Source: Azorhizobium sp. | GTDB taxonomy: Bacteria; Pseudomonadota; Alphaproteobacteria; Rhizobiales; Xanthobacteraceae | Reading direction: 5' to 3' | NCBI GenBank assembly: GCA_965227945.1 | Contig: CBDDGQ010000006.1 | Coordinates: 3,508,781 to 3,532,780 of the forward strand | Length of the DNA stretch: 24,000 nt | Shown here: one piece after another, positions 1 to 8,099 of the stretch | Numbering within the stretch: the first letter of the stretch is position 1 | Layout of the letters: each line of letters begins with the position of its first letter | Program-made: the position numbers and the translations under genes | Notes under the pieces: generated by a model | The model's input: the letters and a program-made list of their open reading frames with translations, nothing else | What the model was told of the DNA's origin: nothing | Databases searched by the model: none

Positions 1-174
1 CCGCCAGGCATCGGCGGTGAACAGTTCCTCGAACCAGCGCAGCGACCAGGACGGGATCGGATAGGTGAGGATGACGCTCGAGGTGAAGGCGAGCGGCAGG
101 ATGGCGATGAGCGGCGCGACGAGGAAGAGGATCGCCAGCGTGGCGAAGGTGATCTTGGCGAATTTCATCGACAT
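1..174 (-). CDS. ABC transporter permease, PotC-like second permease (N-terminal part only; gene runs off the window start)
   Basis: The minus-strand frame from the ATG at 172-174 reads MSMKFAKITFATLAILFLVAPLIAILPLAFTSSVILTYPIPSWSLRWFEELFTADAWR. This is a hydrophobic TM1 typical of Pot-type permeases. It starts 3 nt after the stop (178-180) of the upstream permease. It is absent from the ORF track because the window edge truncates it. Confidence 0.7.
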   Translation of the reverse strand, partial: MSMKFAKITFATLAILFLVAPLIAILPLAFTSSVILTYPIPSWSLRWFEELFTADAWR

Positions 175-177
175 GGC

Positions 178-1356
178 CTAGCGCCTCCCCGGTTCATCGG
201 AGGAGAGCCGCGCATAAACGCTGTAGAGCAGCAGCGTCGCGACGAGCAGAACGACGCCGAGGGCGCCGGCCATGCCCCAGTTCGCCGAGCCCGTGGCGTA
301 GAAGGCGATGATGGACGAGATCATCTGGTCGCCCGGCCCGCCGATCAGCGCCGGGGTGATGTAGTAGCCGATCGCCGAGATGAAGACGAGCAGGCTGCCG
401 GAAGCGACACCACGCAGGCTCAGCGGCAGAAGCACGCGCAGGAACGCCCGCAAGGGCGGCGCGCCGAGCGAGGCGGCGGCCGGCATCAGGTTCTTCGGAA
501 TGGTGATCAGCACGGAATAGATCGGCAGCACCATGAAGGGCAGCAGCACATGGGTCATGGCGATGATGACACCGGTGCGGTTGAAGATCAGCGGCAGCGG
601 CGCGTCGATGATGCGCAGCCAGCGCAGGAGATCGTTGATCAGCCCCTGCTCCTGCAGCAGGATGAACCAGGCCGCGGTGCGTACGAGAAGCGAGGTCCAG
701 AGCGGCAGCAGTACGGCGCCGAGCATCAGGTCACGCTTCCAGCCGGTCAGCGAGGCGGCGATGATCGCATAGGGAAAACCGATGCAGGCGCAGGCGAAGG
801 TGACGAGCGCGGCGATCCAGAAGGTGCGCACGAGGATCACCCGGTTGACGGACTGGTCGGCCGGCAGGTGTTCTATGCTGCCTGCGGCATTGCGGCCGAG
901 ATCGACGGCGGCGAGCAGGTTTCGGTCGGTATAGGGCGAGAGCGCATCGGCGATCGCCAGCCAGAATTCAGGTTTTTCCCAGCGTTTATCGATGGAGACG
1001 AGGTTGGCGGGCGGGTTGGCCGTGTCACCGAGTGCGCTCGTCGTCTTCGCCATCAGCGTGCGGAAGCCGGAGCGGGCGCTGTTGAGGCGACGCACCATGT
1101 CGCCGAGTGCCTGGTCGTCGTCGACGGCCTTCAGGTCCTCCATCAGCGCCGCCTGCATGGGCATGGTCGGCGGCGAGGCGCGGTCCCAGTCGGCCAGCAC
1201 TTCGGCACTGCGCGGCAGGAGGCGCAGCACGGCCGGATCCGACACGGCCTGCGACATCATGCTGATCAGCGGCCAGACGAAGAAGCCGACGAGGAAGAGA
1301 AGCAGCGGCGCAAGCAGGAGAAGCGACCGCCCGGTCCGGGAGGAGCCTGCACTCAT
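178..1356 (-). CDS. ABC transporter permease, PotB-like, with an enlarged periplasmic loop after TM1
   Basis: Multiple TM segments and an EAA-type loop (AASLGAPPLRAFLRVLLPLSLRG). I chose the ATG at 1354-1356 because it forms an ATGA overlap with the ATPase stop (1353-1355), a sign of translational coupling. About 130 aa of hydrophilic sequence lie between TM1 and TM2. Confidence 0.85.
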   Translation of the reverse strand: MSAGSSRTGRSLLLLAPLLLFLVGFFVWPLISMMSQAVSDPAVLRLLPRSAEVLADWDRASPPTMPMQAALMEDLKAVDDDQALGDMVRRLNSARSGFRTLMAKTTSALGDTANPPANLVSIDKRWEKPEFWLAIADALSPYTDRNLLAAVDLGRNAAGSIEHLPADQSVNRVILVRTFWIAALVTFACACIGFPYAIIAASLTGWKRDLMLGAVLLPLWTSLLVRTAAWFILLQEQGLINDLLRWLRIIDAPLPLIFNRTGVIIAMTHVLLPFMVLPIYSVLITIPKNLMPAAASLGAPPLRAFLRVLLPLSLRGVASGSLLVFISAIGYYITPALIGGPGDQMISSIIAFYATGSANWGMAGALGVVLLVATLLLYSVYARLSSDEPGRR

Positions 1357-2426
1357 GGCGCGATGACCCGGCAATCGCCGGCTGAAAAGCCCGCATAGAC
1401 CCGCGTGCCCGGCGGGAATTCGCGGGACCGGCGGCCAAGCTTGGCGATCAGCGGGTGGGCGGCGTTCTGCAATTGCACGCGCAGGTGATCGCCCTGATAG
1501 ACGCTATCGGTGACTTCGGTCTCCAGACAGTTGCGCGCATCGCCCCGGGTCTCGCTGAGATCGACCCGTTCCGGCCGGATGGAGAGGAAGACCGGCTGGC
1601 CGGAGGCGACACTGCCAGAGACCGCCGAAACGATCTGCGCGCCAGATGGCAGCCGCACGGTCGCCTCCGCCCCCTCGACCGCCTCGACGACGCCCTCGAC
1701 CAGATTGGTCTCGCCGATGAATTCGGCGACGAAACGCGTCGCCGGCTCGTCATAGACCTGCCGCGGCGTGCCGATCTGCTCGATCTTGCCCTTGTTGAAG
1801 ACGGCGACGCGATCCGACATGGTCAGCGCCTCCGACTGGTCGTGCGTGACGAAGACGATCGTCAGGCCGAGCCGGCGGTGCAGGTCGCGGATATCGAGCT
1901 GCATCTGCTCACGCAACTGCTTGTCGAGCGCGCCGAGCGGCTCGTCCATCAGCACGACGCGCGGCTCGAAGACCAGCGCGCGCGACAGCGCCACGCGCTG
2001 TTGCTGGCCGCCGGAAAGCTGCGAGGGACGACGGTCGGCGAAGGCCGACAGCTGCACCATGTCCAGCGCCCGCTTGACGCGCCCCTCGATCTCCGCCTTG
2101 CCCATGCCGCGCATCTGCAACGGAAAGGCGACGTTCTCGCCGACCGACATATGCGGGAAAAGCGCGTAGCTCTGGAAGACGACGCCCATGTCGCGCCTGT
2201 GGGTCGGCACGTCGTTGATCGCCGTGCCGTCGAGCAGGATGTTGCCCGATGTCGGCTGTTCGAAACCGGCGAGCATCATCAGCAGCGTCGTCTTGCCGGA
2301 GCCGGACGGGCCGAGCAGGCTGACGAACTCGCCTTTGTCGATGCCGAGATCGAGATTTTCGACCACGCAGAGCGGGCCGTAGAATTTGGTGATGCGGTCG
2401 AAACGGATGAATTCGGCCAAGATCAT
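1353..2426 (-). CDS. ABC transporter ATP-binding protein, PotA/spermidine-putrescine type
   Basis: Walker A GPSGSGKT, signature LSGGQQQR and Walker B VVLMDEPL, plus a C-terminal TOBE-like extension. I chose the start at ATG 2426 (MILAEFIRFDRITKFYG...). The track's longer form begins at a TTG inside the intergenic palindrome. Confidence 0.9.
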   Translation of the reverse strand: MILAEFIRFDRITKFYGPLCVVENLDLGIDKGEFVSLLGPSGSGKTTLLMMLAGFEQPTSGNILLDGTAINDVPTHRRDMGVVFQSYALFPHMSVGENVAFPLQMRGMGKAEIEGRVKRALDMVQLSAFADRRPSQLSGGQQQRVALSRALVFEPRVVLMDEPLGALDKQLREQMQLDIRDLHRRLGLTIVFVTHDQSEALTMSDRVAVFNKGKIEQIGTPRQVYDEPATRFVAEFIGETNLVEGVVEAVEGAEATVRLPSGAQIVSAVSGSVASGQPVFLSIRPERVDLSETRGDARNCLETEVTDSVYQGDHLRVQLQNAAHPLIAKLGRRSREFPPGTRVYAGFSAGDCRVIAP

Positions 2427-2457
2427 GACTCCATCACAACGGTCGCTGGCGGGCAAG

Positions 2458-2550
2458 CGCCCCTCATCCGCCTGCCGGCACCTTCTCCCTGCAAGCAGGG
2501 AGAAGGTCGCCGCAAGCGGGATGAGGGGCCGTTCCGCCCCGCAAACGGCA
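2458..2550. repeat. Nested palindromic intergenic element (REP/RIME-like) between the binding-protein and ATPase genes
   Basis: Outer arms are CCCCTCATCCGC (2460-2471) and GCGGGATGAGGGG (2516-2528, one bulge). Inner perfect arms are CCTTCTCCCTG (2481-2491) and CAGGGAGAAGG (2496-2506), with a CAAG loop. A further GCCGTT/AACGGC hairpin lies at about 2530-2550, just 3' of the binding-protein stop. Confidence 0.6.
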
Positions 2551-2553
2551 GCC

Positions 2554-3606
2554 TTACTGCGCCAGCCAGGCGTTGAAGCGCTGTGTCAGCGTTTCCGCAT
2601 TGTCGATCCAGAAGTCGACATTGAGGGCGATCGAGTCCGTCATGTTGGCTGGGTCGGTCGGCAGGTCCTTGGCGAACTCGGCCGGAACCTTGGCCGCGGC
2701 CTCCTTGACCGGCAGGCCGTAAGCCACGAACTCCGGCAGCTTCGCCTGGTTGTCGGGCTCGCTGGCAAAGGCGATGAAGTCCTGCGCGGCGTCCTTGTTC
2801 TCCGCGTCCTTCAACACGACCCAGCTGTCGACCGCGTAGATGCTGCCGGGGAAGACGACCTTGAAGTTCTTGCCTTCCGTGCGGTTGATGCCGGTGATGC
2901 GGCCATTATAGGCCGAGGTCATCGCCACTTCGCCCGAAGCGAGGAACTGCAGCGGCTGGGCACCCGATTCCCACCAGACGATGTTCGCCTTCAATTCGTC
3001 GAGCTTCTTGAAGGCCCGCGTGACGCCCTCTTCCGTGCCGAGCACGTCATAGAGCTCGTCCTTGGAGACGCCATCGGCGAGCAGCGCGAATTCCAGCGTG
3101 TATTTCGGCCCCTTGCGCAGCGAGCGCTTGCCCGGGAACTTTTCGACGTTCCAGAAATCCGCCCAGTTGGCCGGGCCTTCCTTCAGCTTGTCGCCGTCAT
3201 AGGCGATCGCCGTGGACCAGACGATCGCGCCGACGCCACAGTCGTTGACGGCGCTGTCGAGGAACTTGTCCTTGCCGCCCATCTTGTCCCAGTCGATCTT
3301 CTCGTAGAGGCCATCCGCACAGCCGAGCGCCAGTTCCTCGGCCTCCACCTGCACGGCATCCCAGTTCGGCGCGCCGGCCTTGACCTTCGACTGGATGACG
3401 CCGATGCCGCCATCCCAGGCCTCGTCGAGCACCGGCTTGCCGGACTTTTCGGCGAACGGCTTGAAGTAGATGTTGCGCTGCGCGTCCTGATAGTTGCCAC
3501 CCCAGGAGACAACGGTGAGGTCGCGTGCGAGGGACGGCGCGGCAAGGCCAGCCGACAGCACGATGGCGGCAGCCGTGAGCATTCCGGATTTAAAGACAGT
3601 CTTCAT
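2554..3606 (-). CDS. Periplasmic substrate-binding protein, family-1 PotD/PotF-like (polyamine/amine type)
   Basis: 350 aa. Signal peptide MKTVFKSGMLTAAAIVLSAGLAAPSLA, followed by RDLTVVSWGG. A GGGGAG Shine-Dalgarno lies 4 nt upstream of the ATG. It is the first gene of the importer block. Confidence 0.9.
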   Translation of the reverse strand: MKTVFKSGMLTAAAIVLSAGLAAPSLARDLTVVSWGGNYQDAQRNIYFKPFAEKSGKPVLDEAWDGGIGVIQSKVKAGAPNWDAVQVEAEELALGCADGLYEKIDWDKMGGKDKFLDSAVNDCGVGAIVWSTAIAYDGDKLKEGPANWADFWNVEKFPGKRSLRKGPKYTLEFALLADGVSKDELYDVLGTEEGVTRAFKKLDELKANIVWWESGAQPLQFLASGEVAMTSAYNGRITGINRTEGKNFKVVFPGSIYAVDSWVVLKDAENKDAAQDFIAFASEPDNQAKLPEFVAYGLPVKEAAAKVPAEFAKDLPTDPANMTDSIALNVDFWIDNAETLTQRFNAWLAQ

Positions 3607-3753
3607 TGCACTCCCCTTTTCTTCATTTGTGAAGGAACCGGATGGCCCGGCCCCGATGACGATCTCCTGTCGGACTGCTGATCCGCCGCGGCCTTTGGCC
3701 TATCAGCGCTTGCAGCCTCTCCGGTCGTCGCACCCTTTCCCCTGGGCGTTACG

Positions 3754-3768
3754 GCCGATTGATGCATT
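3754..3768. promoter_or_regulatory. Candidate operator copy 3 (core TTGATGCAT), upstream of the importer genes
   Basis: The exact 9-mer TTGATGCAT at 3759-3767 is shared with 5341-5349. It lies in the 207-nt gap between the SDR stop and the binding-protein start. Confidence 0.3.
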
Positions 3769-3813
3769 CCGGGTCTCGCCGGTCAACGGGATATTTTCCC
3801 CGCTTGACGGTCG

Positions 3814-4554
3814 TCAGACGTGCTGCCCTCCGTTGATGTGGATTTCCGCACCGTTGATGTAGGACGATTGCTCGGTGCACAGGAAATGAATGGTCTCCGC
3901 GACTTCGCGCGGCTCACCCAGCCGCCCCATCGGCACCTCCGCCGCAACCAGTTCATCGGTGCCCGGCGAAAGGATCGAGGTCTCGATCTCGCCCGGCGCG
4001 ATCGCATTGGCCCTTACGCCACGGCGGCCGAACTCATGCGCCATCTCGCGCGTCAGCGCCGCTAGCGCCGCCTTTGAGGCCGCATAGGCAACGCCCGCGA
4101 AGGGATGCACGCGCGAACCCGCGATCGAGGTGACGTTGACGATCGAGCCCTTCGCCGCTTCGAGCTCGGGCATCAGTGCGCGGGCGATCAGCGCCGTCGA
4201 GACGATATTGACGTTGAGCACCTGCGTCCAGACGTCGGCATCCGTATCGAGCACGCCGAGACGGCTGCGACCCGGCCCCTTCGGCGATATGCCGGCATTG
4301 TTGACGAGCGCATGCAGCCGGCCGTTCGGCAGCCGCTCGCGCACCGTCGCGGCCAGCCGGTCGATCTGCGTCAGGTCGGCAAGGTCCGCCTGGATATGGC
4401 TTTCACGCGCGGACGGCCAGGCGCACTCCTCGGAAAAGGGCTGACGGGAGACAGTCAGGATGCGCCAGCCCTTCGCCTGGAAGAGCTTGACCGTCGCATG
4501 GCCGATGCCGCGGCTCGCCCCCGTCAGCAACATGTAGCGGCGTTCTTCGGTCAT
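3814..4554 (-). CDS. Short-chain dehydrogenase/reductase (classical SDR)
   Basis: Cofactor motif TGASRGIG, then NNAG, and catalytic Ser...YAASK. The ATG at 4552-4554 is preceded by AAGGAGAG. The track's upstream extension lacks an SD. Confidence 0.9.
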   Translation of the reverse strand: MTEERRYMLLTGASRGIGHATVKLFQAKGWRILTVSRQPFSEECAWPSARESHIQADLADLTQIDRLAATVRERLPNGRLHALVNNAGISPKGPGRSRLGVLDTDADVWTQVLNVNIVSTALIARALMPELEAAKGSIVNVTSIAGSRVHPFAGVAYAASKAALAALTREMAHEFGRRGVRANAIAPGEIETSILSPGTDELVAAEVPMGRLGEPREVAETIHFLCTEQSSYINGAEIHINGGQHV

Positions 4555-4568
4555 GCGCACTCTCCTTT

Positions 4569-4583
4569 GATGCTTGATACATC
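4569..4583. promoter_or_regulatory. Candidate operator copy 1 (GATGCTTGATACATC), abutting the SDR Shine-Dalgarno
   Basis: Matches 5336-5350 at 13 of 15 positions in the same orientation. It has GATG...CATC dyad ends. It lies 15-29 nt upstream of the SDR start codon. Confidence 0.4.
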
Positions 4584-4626
4584 GTAATCGGCCATTTCCG
4601 AATTGCAAGCCCCTCCGCGTGAAAGG

Positions 4627-5307
4627 CTACGCCCGGCGCACTTCCCTCTCTCCGCTCCCCTCGATGCGCTCCAGGATCGGCTTGCCGCCGAGCAGGATAT
4701 CGTCGACGATCGCCATCGAGGCGGATGCCGGATCGTGGCGTTTCAGCGCCTCCACGACCGGATAGTGATGATCGATCATCGCCCGGCCACCGGCGATATA
4801 GGCATCGGAAATATGCGGGCCCATCTGCAGCCAAAGTCGCCTGAGGATGGTTGTCAGCACCGGAAGCCCGGCAATCTGCGGCAGCAGGAAATGAAAGGCC
4901 TGGTTGAGCTGTGTGCCCTTGAGCCGGTCCCCGGCCGCGATTGCCTGCTCGTTTTCCCGCAAAATCTGCTCCAGCGCCTGGATATCCGCGCTCGTCGCCA
5001 CCTGCGCGGCGGTTTCCGCCGCCAGCCCTTCCAGCCGGACGCGGATCGCCCGGATCTCCCGGTAGCGACTCTCGCTGAGGCCGGCGATGCGGATGTCGCG
5101 CGGCGAGCGGAAGGTGATCGCCTCGTCATTGGCCAGGCGCAGGATGGCGTCGCGGATCGGCGTGACGCTGGTGCCGAACTGCTCGGCAAGGTCACGGATC
5201 TTCAGCCGGTCGCCCGGCTGAAACCGCCCCTGCATCAGCGCGTCGCACAGCGCACCATAAACGACGCTGTTGAGGTTCTCATGTTCCAGCGTCGTGAATT
5301 CGGCCAT
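4627..5307 (-). CDS. GntR-family transcriptional regulator, FadR/FCD subfamily
   Basis: N-terminal winged HTH (VVYGALCDALMQGRFQPGDRLKIRDLAEQFGTSVTPIRDAILRLANDEAI) plus an all-helical C-terminal domain. I chose the start at ATG 5307 (MAEFTTLEH...). The 14 extra codons up to 5349 are AT-rich and non-coding-like. Confidence 0.85.
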   Translation of the reverse strand: MAEFTTLEHENLNSVVYGALCDALMQGRFQPGDRLKIRDLAEQFGTSVTPIRDAILRLANDEAITFRSPRDIRIAGLSESRYREIRAIRVRLEGLAAETAAQVATSADIQALEQILRENEQAIAAGDRLKGTQLNQAFHFLLPQIAGLPVLTTILRRLWLQMGPHISDAYIAGGRAMIDHHYPVVEALKRHDPASASMAIVDDILLGGKPILERIEGSGEREVRRA

Positions 5308-5335
5308 GGCACTGATCCGCAAAATCGAGTAATAA

Positions 5336-5350
5336 GATACTTGATGCATC
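5336..5350. promoter_or_regulatory. Candidate operator copy 2 (GATACTTGATGCATC) in the divergent control region
   Basis: Contains the core TTGATGCAT (5341-5349) and the 8-bp palindrome GATGCATC. A related core, TTGATATGT, lies at 5355-5363. ACTTGA (5339-5344) and TCAAGT (5365-5370) are inverted repeats. This is the AT-richest stretch of the locus. Confidence 0.4.
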
Positions 5351-5490
5351 TTTTTTGATATGTTTCAAGTAGAACCGGTCACGGAGCATCCTCTGCCAAA
5401 TGCCGGGCGACGGCAATCGCACCGGCACCGTCGTTGGCAGACGGCGCGCAAGGATCGAAAAAACCCGCGGGAAACCGCTACGGAGCAAGC

Positions 5491-7860
5491 ATGACGCAGC
5501 CAGCGCCGGCAAACAAGAAGACGGATTCGATGTCGGCAACCTGGAGCGCGACCGCGCTTCCCGACGCCGAGGCCGCCGTTGCGGCGATCTATGGCCTTGC
5601 TGGAACCGTAAAGCGGCTTTCCAGCGAGCGGGACGAGACTTTCCTCTTCACGCGAAACGACGGCACGGACTTCGTCCTGAAGATCGCCAACCCCGCCGAG
5701 GACCCTGCAGCTCTGGAATTCCAGGACGGCGCCCTGCTGCACCTTGCCGCCGCCGCCCCCGCCGTGCCGGTGCCGCGCCTCGTCCTGACGACGGAGGGCG
5801 GGCCGAGCCACACGCTTTCCACCGGCGACGGCCCGCGCATCGTGCGCCTCCTCACCTTCCTTGACGGTGAGCTGCAATATCGCACGCCGGCATCGGAAGC
5901 ACAGAGCCGCAATGTCGGCCGCGCACTCGCGGAACTCGGCCTTGGCCTCGAAAACTACAATGGCCGCCCGCCGGCCGGAAAATTAATGTGGGACATTTCC
6001 CACACGCTGGACCTTTGCGCGGTCGTCGACCATGTCGCGCCCGAGCGCCGGGCGCGGGTGGAAACCATTCTCGCCGAATTCGAGCGTGCGCTGCCCGCCA
6101 TGAGCAGCCTCGCGCGGCGGCAGATCATCCACAACGACTTCAATCCGCACAATATCCTGCTCGATCCGGCGGAACCGACGCGGGTGGTCGGCATCATCGA
6201 TTTCGGCGACATGGTGCATGCGCCGCTGGTCAACGATCTCGCCGTCGCCCTCTCCTATCATCTGGCGACGGACAATTGGGCGGCGCGCACCGGCGCCTTC
6301 CTTGCCGGCTTCCTGTCAGCGCGCGCGCTGGAACCCGGCGAGATCGAGCTGCTGCCACTCCTGACGCGCTGCCGCCTCGCCATGTCGATCATCATCGCCG
6401 AATGGCGTTCCGCCCGCTTTCCGGAAAACCGGGATTATATCATGCGCAACCACGCCACCGCCTGGCGCGGCCTGCAGAACGTAGGCGACCTTACCCCGGC
6501 CGGGCTGAAGAGGCTCGTGCCCCAACCTTTCCGAGGCCTGACCATGTCGATGGTGAATGCATTTTCGCGCGAGGATTTCGAGCGGCTCGACGAGAGCGAA
6601 CGGGCGCTGGTCGCCCGCCGGGAGAAGGTGCTCGGCCCCGCCTACCGCCTGTTCTACGAAAAGCCGCTGCATCTCGTGCGCGGCGAAGGCGTCTTCCTCT
6701 ATGACGCGGCCGGCGAAAGATATCTCGACGCCTACAACAACGTCGCTTCGGTCGGCCATTGCCACCCGCGCGTCGTCGAGGCGATCACCCGCCAGACCGC
6801 CGTGCTCAACACCCATACGCGCTATCTGCACGAAGGCATCATCGACTATGCCGAAGCGCTGACCGCCACCTTCCCGGACGATCTCAGCCAGGTGATGTTC
6901 ACCTGTACCGGCAGCGAGGCGAACGACCTTGCCGTGCGCATCGCCCGTTTCGTCACCGGCGGGACCGGCATCATCGCGACGGAACTCGCCTATCACGGCC
7001 TGACGAGCGCGGTCGCCGAATTCTCGCCCTCGCTTGGAGAATCCGTGACGCTCGGCCCGCATGTGCGCACTGTACCGGCGCCGGACAGCTACCGCCACAC
7101 GTCGGAAGAAATGATGGAAAAGTTCGGCCGCGACGTCAAAGCCGCCATCGCCGACCTGCAGCGTCACGGCATCAAGCCGGCCATGCTGATCACCGACACG
7201 ATCTTTTCCAGCGACGGCATCTTCGCCGGCCCGAAAGGGTTTCTGCGACCGGCCGTGGACGCGATCCATGCAGCCGGCGGCCTCTTCGTCGCCGACGAGG
7301 TGCAACCCGGCTTCGGCCGCACCGGCGAAACCATGTGGGGCTTCGAGCGCCACGGCGTATCCCCCGACATGGTGACGATCGGCAAGCCGATGGGCAACGG
7401 CTACCCGATGGCCGGCATCGTGCTGCGCCCCGAAGTCGTCGCCGACTTCGGCCCCCGTGCCCGCTACTTCAACACCTTCGGCGGCAACCCCATTGCTGCC
7501 GCCGCCGGCAAGGCCGTGCTGGAAACCATCCGGACGGAGGGCCTGCAGCAGAATGCCCTCGATGTCGGCCAATACCTGATGGACGGCCTCAAGGCGCTCT
7601 CCCGCCTCCACCCGGCCCTCGGCGACATCCGCGGCTCGGGCCTCTTCATCGGCGTCGAGATCGTCGCCGATCCCACGACGAAACAGCCCGACGCCACCCT
7701 GACGGCGCGCATCGTCAACGGACTGCGCGCCCGCCGCATCCTGATCAGCGCCTCCGGCCCCAACGCCAACATCCTGAAAATCCGCCCCCCTCTCGTCTTC
7801 TCCCGCAAAAACGCCGACATGCTGGTGGACACCCTTGCCGACGTACTGAAGGCCGGCTGA
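5491..7860 (+). CDS. Bifunctional fusion: APH/hydroxylysine-kinase-like phosphotransferase (N-terminal) plus class-III aminotransferase-fold, phospho-lyase-like PLP domain (C-terminal)
   Basis: A single open frame. Kinase motifs are HNDFNPHN (6130-6153) and IIDFGD (6193-6210). The PLP domain starts at about 6544, with its Schiff-base Lys in DMVTIGKPMGNGYPM (Lys codon 7384-7386). I chose ATG 5491 because GGAG lies 5 nt upstream; the track start at 5434 is a TTG. Confidence 0.85.
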   Translation: MTQPAPANKKTDSMSATWSATALPDAEAAVAAIYGLAGTVKRLSSERDETFLFTRNDGTDFVLKIANPAEDPAALEFQDGALLHLAAAAPAVPVPRLVLTTEGGPSHTLSTGDGPRIVRLLTFLDGELQYRTPASEAQSRNVGRALAELGLGLENYNGRPPAGKLMWDISHTLDLCAVVDHVAPERRARVETILAEFERALPAMSSLARRQIIHNDFNPHNILLDPAEPTRVVGIIDFGDMVHAPLVNDLAVALSYHLATDNWAARTGAFLAGFLSARALEPGEIELLPLLTRCRLAMSIIIAEWRSARFPENRDYIMRNHATAWRGLQNVGDLTPAGLKRLVPQPFRGLTMSMVNAFSREDFERLDESERALVARREKVLGPAYRLFYEKPLHLVRGEGVFLYDAAGERYLDAYNNVASVGHCHPRVVEAITRQTAVLNTHTRYLHEGIIDYAEALTATFPDDLSQVMFTCTGSEANDLAVRIARFVTGGTGIIATELAYHGLTSAVAEFSPSLGESVTLGPHVRTVPAPDSYRHTSEEMMEKFGRDVKAAIADLQRHGIKPAMLITDTIFSSDGIFAGPKGFLRPAVDAIHAAGGLFVADEVQPGFGRTGETMWGFERHGVSPDMVTIGKPMGNGYPMAGIVLRPEVVADFGPRARYFNTFGGNPIAAAAGKAVLETIRTEGLQQNALDVGQYLMDGLKALSRLHPALGDIRGSGLFIGVEIVADPTTKQPDATLTARIVNGLRARRILISASGPNANILKIRPPLVFSRKNADMLVDTLADVLKAG

Positions 7861-7869
7861 CGGAAGGCA

Positions 7870-7914
7870 CGCCGGAGCGGGCACTCCCCGCTCCGGCGCT
7901 GGGGCGCGCCCCAG
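7870..7914 (+). terminator. Tandem GC-rich hairpins downstream of the fusion gene
   Basis: Hairpin 1 pairs CGCCGGAGCGGG (7870-7881) with CCCGCTCCGGCG (7887-7898). Hairpin 2 is the palindrome CTGGGGCGCGCCCCAG (7899-7914). There is no U-tract, so intrinsic terminator activity is uncertain. Confidence 0.45.
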
Positions 7915-8099
7915 ACGGCGACCATCCAGCCCATGCCGGTGGCGTCGTCTCAATCCACGCCCCCGCAAGGAGGCGACAGCGGCCAGACCTTCGGCTCCAC
8001 GGCTTTGGCGTGTTTAATACGCCGCCTCGCTGACCTCGACTCTTTGGCCTTCCCAAAGTGCGGTGAATCTGAATCTCTGGTGCAAACCGGAGGTCTGCG

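Noticed and set aside
1455-3681. Long plus-strand ORFs (1455-2576 and 2386-3681) antisense to the ABC ATPase and binding-protein genes
   Set aside because: These are shadow frames. The minus strand carries the Walker A/B and signature motifs and a binding protein bearing a signal peptide.
5308-5349. Longer GntR start at ATG 5349 (MHQVSYYSILRISA...)
   Set aside because: The 14 extra codons are AT-rich, overlap the putative operator, and extend beyond the usual distance to the GntR HTH. ATG 5307 fits the family's N-terminus better, although it has only a weak SD.
6316-7968. 550-aa minus-strand ORF antisense to the fusion gene
   Set aside because: It is Arg/Gly/Ala/Asp-rich low-complexity translation with no recognisable motifs, and lies fully antisense to a gene with clear kinase and PLP motifs. 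This is a typical shadow ORF of high-GC DNA.
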